A DNA stretch of 64,000 nt. Origin: the human T2T-CHM13v2.0 reference genome, Homo sapiens. Location of the stretch: assembly GCF_009914755.1 (NCBI RefSeq), contig NC_060929.1. One strand, given 5' to 3'. The notes below the pieces were generated by a model, which ran no database searches, was not told the origin of the DNA, and saw only the letters and a list, made by a program, of their open reading frames with translations. This document shows positions 14,366 through 27,282 of the stretch, piece after piece; within the stretch, counting starts at the first letter, position 1, and each line of letters opens with the position of its first letter. A program made the translations under genes and the position numbers.

Positions 14366-14558
14366 CATATATATTTATATATATATGTATATATGTATAT
14401 ATGTACATATATGTACATATGTATATATGTACATATATGTACATATGTACATATATGTATATATACATATGTACATATGTACATATATGTATATATGTAT
14501 TCACATATACATGTATTTATATATCTATATAAATACATTATAAATTTATATATCTATT
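14366..14558. repeat. (TA)/(TACATA) microsatellite
   Basis: Seen directly. Confidence 0.9.
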
Positions 14559-14811
14559 TGAGGGAAGACGAGACAAATGATTACTTTTACTTTTCATCAA
14601 CTTTCTGTTATGCACATGGCTTCTTTTATAGTATAATTAATTTTAGTGTACATCAATTAATACTTTTATTAATAAAAATAAAGCTAATAATACTTTAAAA
14701 ACCAAGTAGTATAGCTGACAGAATCTATCTAGACATTGCTATTTCATTCAGAAATTTATCTCTGCTGTATATAGAAAGTGAAACTTCTGTTATGTTTTAT
14801 GTTTTAGAATA
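14559..14811 (+). repeat. Copy 1 of a ~255-bp local direct duplication
   Basis: Aligns by eye to 15891-16149 at roughly 90-93% identity. Confidence 0.92.
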
Positions 14812-14849
14812 TTTATATATATTATATATATATTATATACACTTTTTGG

Positions 14850-15205
<356 letters not shown>

Positions 15206-15215
15206 TGATTTCTGA

Positions 15216-15517
15216 TTTTTTTTTTTTTTTTTTTTGAGATGCAGTCTCGCTCTGTCGCCCAGGCTGGAGTGCAGTGGCGTGATCTCAGCTCACTGCAACC
15301 TCCGCCTCCCGGGTTCAAGTAATTCTCTGGTCTCATCCTCCTGAGTAGCTGGGATTACAGGCACGCACCACCACACCCGGCTAATTTTTGTATTTTTAGT
15401 AGAGATGTGGTTTTACCATGTTGGCCAGGCTGGTCTTGAACTCCTGATCTTAGGTGATCTGCCTGTCTCGGCCTCCCAAAGTGCTGGCATTACAGGCGTG
15501 AGCCACCGTGCCCAGCC
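15216..15517 (-). mobile_element. AluS
   Basis: Full dimer; TSD aa(g/t)gttctga. Confidence 0.95.
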
Positions 15518-15890
15518 AATGTTCTGAATTTTAAAAAAATCAACCCTATATTCTAGGCCATTCCTTAGCCCTTTTCTCAAAATTCCAATATTTTATTTGT
15601 CCTATCCCAATTCCCTGAAAATCTAAAGGGTGACAAGCATGCTCTATGCTGAAGAATTTTTTGTTCTTTGACTCTGAACAATGCCCAGAAGAGGGTGCTC
15701 ATAGAACAATCAGCCTTGCTTTAACCGCAAAGCTAGCACACATCCTCTAGATCAAAGTTTGGTAACCCCAAATTTGGCAAGTACCATAATGATTGTAGTG
15801 TGTTAAGACTGCAGAAGGAGAAATGAAAAGTTCCCTATATTAAAAGCAATTCAAGAATACATTTTAAAAAGTTGGTGAAGACCTTTTAAA

Positions 15891-16149
15891 TGAGGGAAGA
15901 CAGAGACAAATGATTACTTTTACTTCTCATCAACTTTCTGTTGTCCACATGGCTTCTCTTCTAGTATAATTAATTTTAATGTACATCAATTAATACTTTT
16001 ATTAATAAAAAATAAAACCTATAATTAATACTTTAAAAACCAAGTAGTATAGCTCACAGAATTTATCTAGACATTGCTATTTCATTCAGGAATTTATCTC
16101 TGCTGTATCTAGAAAATGAAACTTCTGTTACGTTTTATGTTTTAGAATA
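15891..16149 (+). repeat. Copy 2 (probable donor) of the ~255-bp local duplication
   Basis: tgagggaagacagagacaaatgattac...atgttttagaata matches 14559-14811. Confidence 0.92.
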
Positions 16150-16365
16150 CTTACATATGTTACTACTCAGAATCCATAACATTATAATTTATACTAGCAT
16201 TATTTCCTGGTAATACAAATCTTTGTAGAAAAAATCTATCAGAAAACAGGCAGTACATCTTTCCCACTGCATACCCTCTTTACCAGACTCTTAAAATATC
16301 TCATATTGCTTTACCCATAGTTTTATGAATAGGGCTTAGATTCCACTGAGTTTTGCTGCTGCTTT

Positions 16366-17390
16366 GTGGTGACTTGGTACTAAATTCAGCTAAGCTGGAA
16401 CCACATTCCCCAGAGTTCTCTTTCTTGTATGGTTCTGTATGGCCATGAAAGACATTCTGTGTGAAATCCAGAAGGAAGAAGTAAAGAAGTCATACTTTTT
16501 ATGCTCTGAAACTTGGTACAGAGTTACTGTCGTAGTCTGTTTTGTGCTGCTATCACAGAATATCTGAAACCGGGTAATTTATAATGAATAGAAATTTATT
16601 GGCTTATAGTTCTGGAGGCTGGGAAGCCCAATATTAAGGTGCTGGCATCTGTCAGGTGACTTCTTACTGTGTTATCACATGGTGAAAGAGTGCAAGGGCA
16701 AGGAGAAGGTGAGAGAAAAAGAAAGAGAGAGAGACAGGGAGTGGGAGAGAGAGAGAGGAACCTGTCCTTTTAAAATGGCACCAATCCCACCCATGAGGGT
16801 GGAGCCATCATGGCCTAATCACCTCTTAATTGTCCCACCTCTTAATACTGTTATAATGGCAAAAAAATTTCCATATGAATTTTGGAGGGGAAAACAAACC
16901 ATAGCAGGCACTATGCACCTTGTCCACTTGCACACATTATTGCTAATCTGCTGCTTAACTACTTGGTGTACCAGGCTTGCAGTAATTCTAATTCACTAAA
17001 TCTCCTCCTTCAGCTTCTCTGAGTCCTGGGCCAAGTGTGTGTGCAGGAGACACACTGCAGGAGATAGTGCCAGTTTCTCCTGCAGGTCACCCGCAGCATC
17101 AAGGTTGGACATGGTAAGACACAGAAGAGGGTTCCAGTTTGTCCTCAATGGTCCCATTGGTCCTCATGAGTTCTGGTTTGTCCCTACTCTCCTATACATC
17201 TAGCTTTCCCTCTTAACAGCTGATCTGACAAACCTATAGTAACTTCAGGCTCAGCACTAGACACAGAACCAATAGTCTTCATAGATTGCATCACCAGCTC
17301 TCACATTTGTGTAAGGTCTAGCCCTTAGGATAATAAATCTCTTATTCTGTATAATGTGTGGCCATTTTGCTACTTCGATAAAACCATGGC
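16366..17390 (+). mobile_element. Old ERVL-type LTR (MLT2-like) interrupted by an MST LTR
   Basis: tgtggtgac..cagctaagctggaaccacattccccagag start; aataaatc near the end. Confidence 0.45.
16528..16907 (-). mobile_element. MSTC/MSTD-like MaLR solo LTR
   Basis: tgtcgtagtctgttttgtgctgcta..gttctggaggctgggaag..ttttggagggga..accatagca. Confidence 0.8.
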
Positions 17391-17584
17391 TGCTGTAAGT
17401 ATCTGTGTACAACACTGTCTTGTTGCCTTTGCATTGTGAACGGTATGTTAAGCCTCATGGTATCCACTGTCTTAGGTAGAAGGAGAAGACTGGTGATTGG
17501 TGGTAGAAGAAAAGGAAGAGATGCTTAGAAAGGTAAAAAGCTTATGTAGGAATCTCTCAGGAAATCCTCAATGCTAAAAATGTC

Positions 17585-18320
17585 TGTGCTAGTTATCATT
17601 TGTTGCTTCTCATCTCCAAATCCAGCTTTCTTTGTCCTGTTTTGTGGTCTTGGAGCTGGACCATGTAAACATTTCTCCTTTGTCAATAGAGGGTGCTGGA
17701 GGGACACTGTAGGAAGAAGGGAACTCAGCTTGACTCTCGTGGCTTGACTGCTGTGCTCTCCCCTGCTAGCTCTTGTGGTGGGTAGGCGCCAGCAGCATAG
17801 GACATCTAGTGACTCACCCTATTAAGTTTTAGTGGCAGTATTTGGGGGACTTTTCAGTGGGTTTGCCACCACTCCAGCAGGCAGCTTCCCAGTGAATCCC
17901 TCTGGCACCTCGGAGGACACCTCAGTGATACCTGATGAGTCTTGCAGATGCCCCAATGGGTGGTATACCAGGAGGCTGGACGAACGTTCAGAAGTTTGGT
18001 TTCCTGCTTGCCAGCCCTGGCCTGCAACATCTCAGGGAAATTCTCTGCAATTCAGTGGGCTGCAGACTTTCTTTGAAAGGGGTCTGAATCAGCCCTGGGT
18101 GAGGGGAGGGCCCTCTTCCAAATTTGTTCCTTCTTTGGTACTCTTTCCTTGGGAACAGCCTTAGGGGTAGTGGCTGTTCTTCGTATGTGCTATTCCTGTG
18201 TTCAGTACGGTTTTCTTTACCCTTAGTAGGTAATCCTCTGCTACTAGTTAATAATCATTTATATTAAACTTTCCCTGTGTGAATTACTGTGTGCTTTCTG
18301 TCTCCTAACTAGACACTGAT
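17585..18320 (+). mobile_element. LTR41-like ERVL solo LTR
   Basis: ctccaaatcca..tggagctggaccatgtaaacatttctcctttg..tagagggtgctggagggacactg; attaaactttccctg near the 3' end. Confidence 0.6.
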
Positions 18321-19610
18321 AAAATGCCTTTTGCTCTTAGTAGCTATTTAAAAGAAAAATAATAAAACTTAATTTTATTAGTTCAAGATTTTTCCTTAGA
18401 AGGGACATAAATTACTTTTAATGTGATTATATAAATAAAGGGATTGCCCAAATGTGCAGTTTCAAGAGACTATTTGCTTTCTTTGGCCACCTGGGAAGGG
18501 TATTTCTCAAATCGGGCTCTACAGACCCTTCTGAGTAGACCCTGAGTCACTATGGCTATGAAACAAACTACCGCAAACACAATGGTTAAAACAACCATCA
18601 TGTATCACTCTCACGTGTCTGACAGAAGGACTCTAGAGTTGCATGACAAATGGTGAAGACACAGGACAGGATGAAGAACTGGGGCCCAAAATGTACTCTA
18701 CCACAGGGTCCAAGGGCATTAAAAATGGGTCTGTGAATTCAAATGGTATTTTTAAAGTTTTACTTTTCCATTTGGTGAGGAAATAAATAGTGTAATCATA
18801 GTCATAGGACTTCAGTGCCTGCATTTGCATTCATGGTTCAGTTCTTGCCAAGGGATCGCCTTAAGTGAGTGTGCAGAGGAAATGTTAGGCATTGTTCCCT
18901 CATTTCTAAAGCTTAACCAGTAAAGTAAAAAGAGGGTATGTATATGACTGTGGGGTATGTGAGAGCTCTCTGTGCCTTGACTCCCCTGAAGAGCCAACTT
19001 AGAGAACCTGGCTGTGGGAACCCCAAGGGCTGAGCTGGCCTCCAATCAGGAGAGACAGGAGAACAGAAATCAGTCCAGGAGGTTACTGGAGAAGCTGGGA
19101 ACCACAGAGTCATACAGAGATAGGAAACAGCCAACTCCCACAGTTTTCAATAGCAGATTTGCTGCAGAAAACTGGTCGGCCATGAACCTGGAACCCTCCA
19201 GAGAAGGTACCATCAAATTTTGATCTCTGTTTAACACTGATTTCTGCTATAACCCATCCTGTTATGGCAATGTCTGTCTTGAGAAAAGGCTGAGCTGATA
19301 TAGTACAGAGGAGGGTTCAACTTGCTGCAAATTATTTGAAGCAGGCATAGCCTAAGTCCAGGCCTATGCCAGAGAAAGATGACATATTCACTGATAATCG
19401 CCTAATCTCCTGAGCACATAGGAGGGTAAGATTAGGATAGTTAGAGTTCTACTCAAACTGTGCAAGAATGTCCTTGAAGTGTGGCCAAGTGACAAACAGT
19501 GCAATAACTATGAATGTTTTTACAGATTTTATGAGACATTATCATACCCTAGCAGTGACTGTGCATGTTTATATGTTTTTAATAAATTTTTTATTTTATA
19601 ATAGTTTTAG

Positions 19611-19865
<255 letters not shown>

Positions 19866-20031
19866 AATAGTTTTAGACAAAATTTGCAAAGACAGGAGAG
19901 AGAGTAATCATATACCCCACAAATAGTTTTTCCTACTTATTAACATCTTACATTATTTTGGTATACTAGTCATAATAAACTGATGTTGACACACTATTAT
20001 TAACTAAAGTCCATATTTTATCTAGGCGTCC

Positions 20032-20034
<3 letters not shown>

Positions 20035-20079
<45 letters not shown>

Positions 20080-20088
20080 CATGTGTGT
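20035..20088. repeat. (GT)n(GC)n alternating purine-pyrimidine tract
   Basis: Seen directly. Confidence 0.95.
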
Positions 20089-21154
20089 TTTACTGTAATG
20101 TCCTTTTTTTCTGATCCAGGATCCCATTGAGGATATGCATTCCATTTAGTTGTCGTATTTTCTTAGGCTTCTCTTAGCTGGACAGTTTCTCTTTATTAGA
20201 CTTTCCTTGTTTTTGATAACCTTGACAGTTTTGAGGAGTTTTGGTTACGTATTTTGTAGACTGTCATTTAATTGGGATTTTTCTGATGATTGTATTTTAA
20301 TTATTGTTGCCATATTTACAATTGCTAGTTCCTTCAAACATCCCACCAAAAGTGTCAGAATTAGAAAGTGTGCCTCAAACACAGAGTTTGAAAACCACTG
20401 GTCTACATCAAAGCAGACTGTAAATATGCATAAGTCAAGGTTATTGAGATGCTTAGTCTACCATTTGAACTTCAGTTTCAAAAAGCCAGGTAGGCTTTTA
20501 GACCTTTCCCACAGTGGCTGCATAGCAATCTCAATTTGTACTGTCTGCATGTCACCCAAAATGGCCAGGCCATCGGCCACCCGCCTCATTTGGCAGCCCT
20601 GACTTAGAAGAGAAGACAATAGCTCTTTGCCCAAAGGTCGCTTTGTAGTGACTCACCTTGAAGGAAAAAGGAAGGTAAATTACACATAATGGCCTTCTAA
20701 GTTGTCCCACAGTTTTCAACAGAAAATACTCTTAAAGTATAACCAGAAACAAGAAACCTTCAATGCAATATTTTCCTTTTTGTTTTCCAAATAAGTAAAG
20801 TCCAAATTAGGAAACAGAAGCAAGTATATCCTATTAATTTGTAATGTCTAGAACCATAGAAGTAGTCTAGTTATGGAAGAGCTGTTGTGAATCTTCTAGT
20901 AATTAAACCTGTGCAAGTTACAGCCTTAATCAAAACACCTTTTAGGAGTCTACTCTGGTCTCGATGAGAGTGAAGTCCCTAAGTGCTGGCAACTTTGGAA
21001 CACTAAACATTACTGGCAATGCTGGAAATGGTACAATATTTACCGCAATAAAGAAGACAATACCCGATATGTCCCCTGGAGCACAAAATTAAAATATTTG
21101 TATTGGAATACAGACAGGCCGAAATATGTGTTCCATGAACCAAAAAGTACTCAC

Positions 21155-21366
21155 TGTGTTGGCCAGCTCTAGATAGCTTCCTCCTACAGAGTTGCCAATG
21201 TGCGGGGACTGTGTGAGCAGTTTGTGGAGAGCAGCCTGCTGATGCAAAGAGCTTCCGCCATACTCGAGCAGCTTCTGGAGGGCTGACTGGCTCTGCACAT
21301 CCGGGCTCTGGAGGTCCCTGGCACCAGAGTCGTATTCCCAGCTCTCCCTGGCTGCTGATAAGGCAC
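21155..21366 (-). CDS. Internal coding exon (212 nt, phase 1 in, phase 0 out) of a large minus-strand gene; identity not recognised
   Basis: Minus-strand acceptor ..cttttcattttctctgcttctctcggacttag|GT GCC TTA and donor AAC ACA|gtgagt. Open frame xALSAARESWEYDSGARDLQSPDVQSQSALQKLLEYGGSSLHQQAALHKLLTQSPHIGNSVGGSYLELANT. GC-rich, retains CpGs, non-repetitive. Confidence 0.85.
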
Positions 21367-21790
21367 CTAAGTCCGAGAGAAGCAGAGAAAATGAAAAGAC
21401 ATTTCCTTCATTAGCCTGTGGGTGGCCAATAGGCAATGATTTGGAACCTCCTAAGCCTTCCATGTGCCAGCATCTCAGAACACATGTGATGCCCAGGCTG
21501 CATGCTAAGCGCTTTCTCTTTCAAACTGACACATGGGGAGCCTGGAGATAAAAGCAATTTCAGGCAAAGCATTCAAAAACAACTGTCCCATGAATATGTG
21601 CCCCCTAAACAGAAATGCTTAGCAAAAAAAGCACTGGAGAGCCAAGTAAAGGGAATCCAGATCAGAGTCACATCTGTGATTTGCACAGGGCTACTACATT
21701 AGCCTTAGCACTGGTCATTCTTTCTCCCAACTGAGGAAAAAGGAAGCAAGAAGAATGACAGGAAGTTAACATATGGCACTTTATCATGAC

Positions 21791-22118
21791 TCTCTTTTTC
21801 TCCTTCCTTCCTTCCTTTCCTTCCTTCCTTCCTTCCTCTCTGTCTCTCTTTCTTTCTCTGTTTCTTTCTTTCTTTCTTTTTTTGAGGCAGGGTCTTGTTC
21901 TGTCATCCAGGTGGGAGTGCAGTGTTGTGATCACGGCTCATTGTAGCCTCAACCTCCTGGGTCAAGTGATCCTCCTGCCTCATTAAAAAAAATTTTTTTT
22001 GTAGACCTCATTTCTATACTATGTTGCCCAGGCTGGTCTTGAACTCCTGGGTTCAAGAAATCCTCCTGCCTTGGCCTCCCAAAATGCTAGGATTACAGGT
22101 GTGAGCCACTGCAACCGA
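21791..22118 (-). mobile_element. AluJ, internally deleted, with a (CTTC/CTTT)n tail
   Basis: Polypyrimidine tail to ~21882, then gaggcagggtcttgttctgtc..gagccactgc; flanking tatcatgact repeat. Confidence 0.85.
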
Positions 22119-22469
22119 CAGTATCATGACTTTCTACTGTTGATGTACTCTTACCTGAAGGAAGCTAGACTGTATTTTCCAGTTAGGGATAGCAATGAAG
22201 CTGAGTTCTGGGCAATAGAATATGAACAGAAATGATAAGCATCACTGCTGGACCTTGCTTATAAAGCCCCACAGTGTGTGATTCTCCATGCCCTTTGCCT
22301 TCTGGCCTGGTTCAGATGGGAATGGTACCCTTGGAAACCATGTGGTACAGATGGTGGAGCCACAAGGTAGATGGAAGATGCCTGGATTCCAGAATCATCA
22401 CTTGCAGAAGAGGTGTCTGCTCATCCTAAGTACCCTATTTTGCCCTAACATGATTAGAAAAGAAAACTT

Positions 22470-23055
22470 TTTTTTTACATGTTTTTTATTTCATAGGTTT
22501 TTGGGGAACAGGTGGTGTTTGGTTACATGAATAAGTTCTTTAGTGGTGATTTCTAAGACTTTGGTGCACCCATCACCCGAACAGTGTACGCTGTGCCCAA
22601 TGTGTAGTCTTTTATCCCTCACCCCCCCACTCACACTTTCCCCCAAGTCCCCAAAGTCCACTGTGTCACTCTTATGCCTTTGAGTCATCATAGCTTAGCT
22701 CCCACTTATGAGTGAGAACATATGATGTTTGGTTTTCCATTCCTGAGTTACTTCACTTAGAATAATGGTCTCCAATTCCATCCAGGTTGCTGTGAATGCC
22801 ATTATTTTGTTCCTTTTTATGGCTGAATAGTATTTCATGATGTATATATACCACATTTTCTTTATCCAGTTATTGATTGATGGGCATTTGGTCTGGTTCC
22901 ATATTTTTGCAATAGCGAATTGTGCTGGTATAAACATGTATGTGAAAGTATCTTTTTCATATAATGACACTTCCCTCTGGGTAGATAACCAGGAGTGGGA
23001 TTGCTGGATCAAGTGGTAGATCTACTTTTAGTTCTTTAAGGAACTTCCATTGTTT
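22470..23055 (-). mobile_element. L1PB-type 3' fragment, inside an old MLT1 LTR (~22160-23110)
   Basis: tttttggggaacaggtggtgtttggttacatg..; ORF2 C-terminal motif WMELETIILSEVTQEWKTK. Confidence 0.85.
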
Positions 23056-26000
23056 TTGATTCACTACATACTTTTGGTTTGTTGATTAGAGCAGCTAGTA
23101 TTACCTTAATTATTACAGACGATTAGAAGGTAATAAAACATGCTAATAGTTATAATACAAATGGGAAAGTGCAATGAAAAAGTAGAACTAAAGGAAGGAT
23201 ATCTAACTCAGTCCATCTGGAGATGAATGGGGAATGTTCAGGGAAAGCTTCCTGGAGGAGAAAGCCTGATGCTTGAGTTGTCACTCTTTCCAGAAAAAAA
23301 TAGATTTGAGGTAAACCTGTTTCCTTGTGTTGTTCACTTCAGAATGGAAATGTCTTGTGGGTGCATCTGGTTGGTGAAGCCTAGGCTGCATGCCTCTAGC
23401 TGCAAGGAAAGCTGGGTAAATGTGTTTTCTGGTTTTACTTTAGAGAGGTAGTATTGATAAGGTGAGACATTTCCTAAACAGAAGGGTGCTCAAAAGGCCT
23501 AGGCAGCCACAACACAAACAACGGTCTATGCACAGGACGTGTACTGGGTCCTGGGGATATAGCAGTAAGCATGAGAAATTATAGTCCCTGCCTGCAAAGA
23601 TCTCATTCTGGTAGGTCTTTAATACATGGCTTTTAATGACAAAAAAAAGGACACAAAATGATCCAGTTTGTACTATGAAATGAGAACATATACAGATTAC
23701 TCTATAATTTACTTGAGAATAATTACATACAGCAAACTGCAGTTTGTGTACAGTGAGTTCTGATATGAATGTCCAGTCTCCTCTTATCAGGTATTGATGA
23801 ATTTAATCAATGTGAATAGGAAAACTGTCTTCAGATGGTTTCCCCTTACTGTTCTGGCTCTACTGATCCTCTCCAGTCGGTCTAACCCAACATTCTTTTT
23901 ATACAGTGCCTTTATAGCTGGGATGCATCAACTGTTTTGTATCAAAGCAGGCAATTCTGTCACTATATTTGCAATTGCTCCAAGTTTACTTTAATGTTAA
24001 AGTCTATTGATTGTATTGCAAGGCAGGTTCTTCTTTCCTTAACATAGACTGCCAAATGCCTGCTCTCCCTCCCCTTGTTCCTCTGAACACTGTCTGTTAT
24101 CTGCCTAAATGCCTCAGGGCCTCTGTTCTGGCTCCAGCAACATGTGGCAAGAAGACTAACAGAGGTCAGCGTTGAAAAGTGGAGTCCCCACATTGGACTG
24201 AGTCACAGACGGACTTATATCTCATACATAAGACAAACAGACAGAGGGCTGGGCCTTGCCTTATATGTTCACCACAGTACTCTCAGCACCGTGCACATGG
24301 CCTGTGACATAGCTAGCATTTAATAAACATTTATTGAATGGATTGCTGAATTATCCATGGTTGTAGTACCCTACAGTTTCACTTTTTAACCTAGAAATAC
24401 AACATGGGAATTAAGTCAAAATAAATTATACATTTAAACTTTTTCTTTATGCAAACATGAAGCCTCATTCTCAAACAGGAAAATATAACAGTTCTGAGGT
24501 GGAGCAAGATGGCTGAATAGAAGCCTCCACCAATCATGCCCCTGTGCAGGAATACCACATTTTAACAACTACCTACACATAAAAAAGCACCATCATAAGA
24601 ACTAACCATCAGGTAAGCAATCACAGTACCTGGTTTTGACTTCCTCTCACTGAAAGAGGCACTCAAGAGGTAGGAAAGACCGTCTTGAATCACCAACACC
24701 ACTCCTCCCGTACTCTCCAGCAGTGGTTATGTACTATGGAGAATCTGTGCTTATGGGAGAGGGAAAGCACAGCAAGTGGGGGACTTGGCATTGAACTCAG
24801 TGCTGCCCTGTCACAGCAGGGAGCCAAACTGTGAAGACCTCAGTCATTGCCCACCCATGGAGGGAGCATTTGGATCAGCCCTAGCCAGAGGGGAATTGCC
24901 CATCCCAGCAGTCGGAACTTGAGTTTCTCAGCAAGCCTTGCCACCGTGGGCTAAAGTGCTCTGGGGTTCTAGGTAAACTTGAAAGGCAGTCTAGGACACA
25001 AAGACTGCAATTCTTCCTAGGCAGATCCTAGTGCTGGGCTGGGCTTAGGTGGACTAGGGCAGCATATGACCTGTGAGACATCACCCGGGTTGGCTAAGAG
25101 AGGGCTTGCATTACCCCACCTCAGTAACCCCAGGCATCACAGCTTGCAGCAAAGAAAGTGACTTGTTCCTTCTGCTTGAGGAGAGGAGAGAGAAGAGTAA
25201 AGAGGATTTGGTTTTGCATCTTGGAAACCAGCTCAGCCATAACAGGACAGGGCACCAGGCAGAGTCATGAGGCCCCCCATTCTAAGGTCTAGCTTCCAGA
25301 CATTTGTAGACATACCCTGGGCCAGAAAGGAACCTTCTGCCTTGAAGGAAAAGACCCATTTCTGGCAGGATTCATCACCTGCTGACTAAAGAGTCATTGG
25401 GCCCCGAATAATCAGTAGTAGTAGCCAGGCTGTACTTGCCGTGGGCCTTAGGTGAGACTCAGAGCTATGCTGGTTTCAGGTGAGTCCTAGAACATTCCTA
25501 CCTGTGGTGTCTACAGTGAAAGACTCCTTATATTTGAGAAAAGCAGAGAGGAAAGTAAAGAGGACTCTGTCTTGCACCGCAGGTACCAGCTCAGCCACAG
25601 TGGGGTAGAGCAACAAGCAGGCTCTTGGACAGCATTTCTGGACCTGCCCCGGGCCAGAAGGGAGCCCACTGCCCTGAAAGTGAGTCCCAGGCCTCACAGC
25701 ATTCACCAAAAGCTGACTGAAGAGCCTTTGCACTTTAAGGGAACATTGACAATGGCCTGGCAGAACTCACCATGGGTCAGTGGTGGTGGCCACTGAGAGA
25801 GGCTCCTCTGCCTATGGAAAGGGGAAGAAAGAGCAGGAAGAACTTTGTCTTGTGGTTTGAGGGCCAGCATAGCCATATTAGAATAGAGTACCAGGTAGAT
25901 TTTACGTTTTTTTTTTACTCCAATCCCTGGCTCCCAGACAGCATTTCTGACCTGCCCAGAGCCTGGGGGAGCTCACTGCCCTGAAGGCGAGCACATAATC

Positions 26001-26952
26001 CTGGCTGGTTTCCCAAACTGCTGACTATAAAGCCCTAGGGCCTTGAGTGAACATAGGCAGTAGCCACATAGTGGTTACAGTGGGCCTTGGGTGAGACCCA
26101 GTGCTGTGCTGACTTCAGGTCCGACTCAGTGTAGTCCTAGTGGTGGGAACCACAGGGGTGGTTGCATCACCACACTCCCAGTTCTATGTGTCTCAGCACA
26201 GGGAAAGAGAGGCTTCGTATGTTTGGGAGAAAGTAAGGGAAAAGAACAAGAGTCTCTGCCTCGTAATCTGGAGAATTCTTCCAGATCTTATCCAAGACCA
26301 CAAAGGTGGTACCTCTAAGAGTCTGAAAAATACACAGTATTATTGGGCTTGGTGCCCAAGTCCCTTTGGATACTGGAAGGCCTTCCCAAGAAGGACAGGC
26401 ACAGACAAGCCCAGACTGTGAAGACTACAATAAATACCTAACTCTTCAATGCCCAGACACTGAATAACATCTACAAGCATTAACACCATCCAGGAAAACA
26501 TGACTTCACCCAAAGAACTAAATAAGCCATCAGGGACTAATCCTGGAGAAACAGAGATATATGACCTTCCAGACAGAGAATTCAAAATAACTGTTTTGAG
26601 GAAACTCAAAGAAATTCAAGGTAACACAGAGAAGGAATTTAGAATTCTATCAGATAAAGTTAACAAAGAGTCTGAAATAATTAAAAGGAATCAAGCAGAA
26701 ATTCTAGAGTTAAAAAATGCAATTGACCTACTGAAGAATGTATCAAACAGATCTCTCTCCCTGTGCTGAACCACCTGGAGCTTGGAGAGGGGTGACACAA
26801 GCACAGTCAGAGGAGACAAAAGAAAAAAGAATAAAAAAAATGAAGCACGCCTACAAGATCTAGAAAATAGCCTCAAAAGGGTAAATCTAAGAGGTATTGG
26901 CCTTAAAGAGGAGATAGAGACAGAGATAGGGGTAGAAAGTTTATTGAAAGGA

Positions 26953-27282
26953 GGTGGGGCACAGTGGCTTATGCCTGTAATCCCAGCACTTTGGGAGGCC
27001 GAGGTAGGTGGATCACCTGAGGTCAGAAGTTCAAGACCAGCCTGGACAACATGGTGAAACCCCATCTCTACTAAAAATACAAAAAAAATTAGCCAGGCGT
27101 AGTGGTGGGCACCTGTAATCCCAGCTACTTGGGAGGCTGAGCAGGAGAATTGCTTGAACCTGGGAGGTGGAAGTCGCAGCGAGCCAAGATCATGCCATTG
27201 TACTCCAGCCTGGGCAACAAGAGTGAAACTCTGTCTAAAAAAACAAACAAACAACAACAACAACAACAAAAAAAAACAACAA
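26953..27282 (+). mobile_element. AluS inserted in L1 ORF1
   Basis: TSD aaagtttattgaaagg at 26936-26951 and 27283-27298. Confidence 0.95.

Noticed and set aside
9911-14698. Y/I/H/T-rich ORFs
   Set aside because: Translations of TA/CA microsatellites.
21089-21463. 124-aa single-exon gene
   Set aside because: The ORF is the real exon plus intronic read-through on both sides; splice sites bound the coding part.
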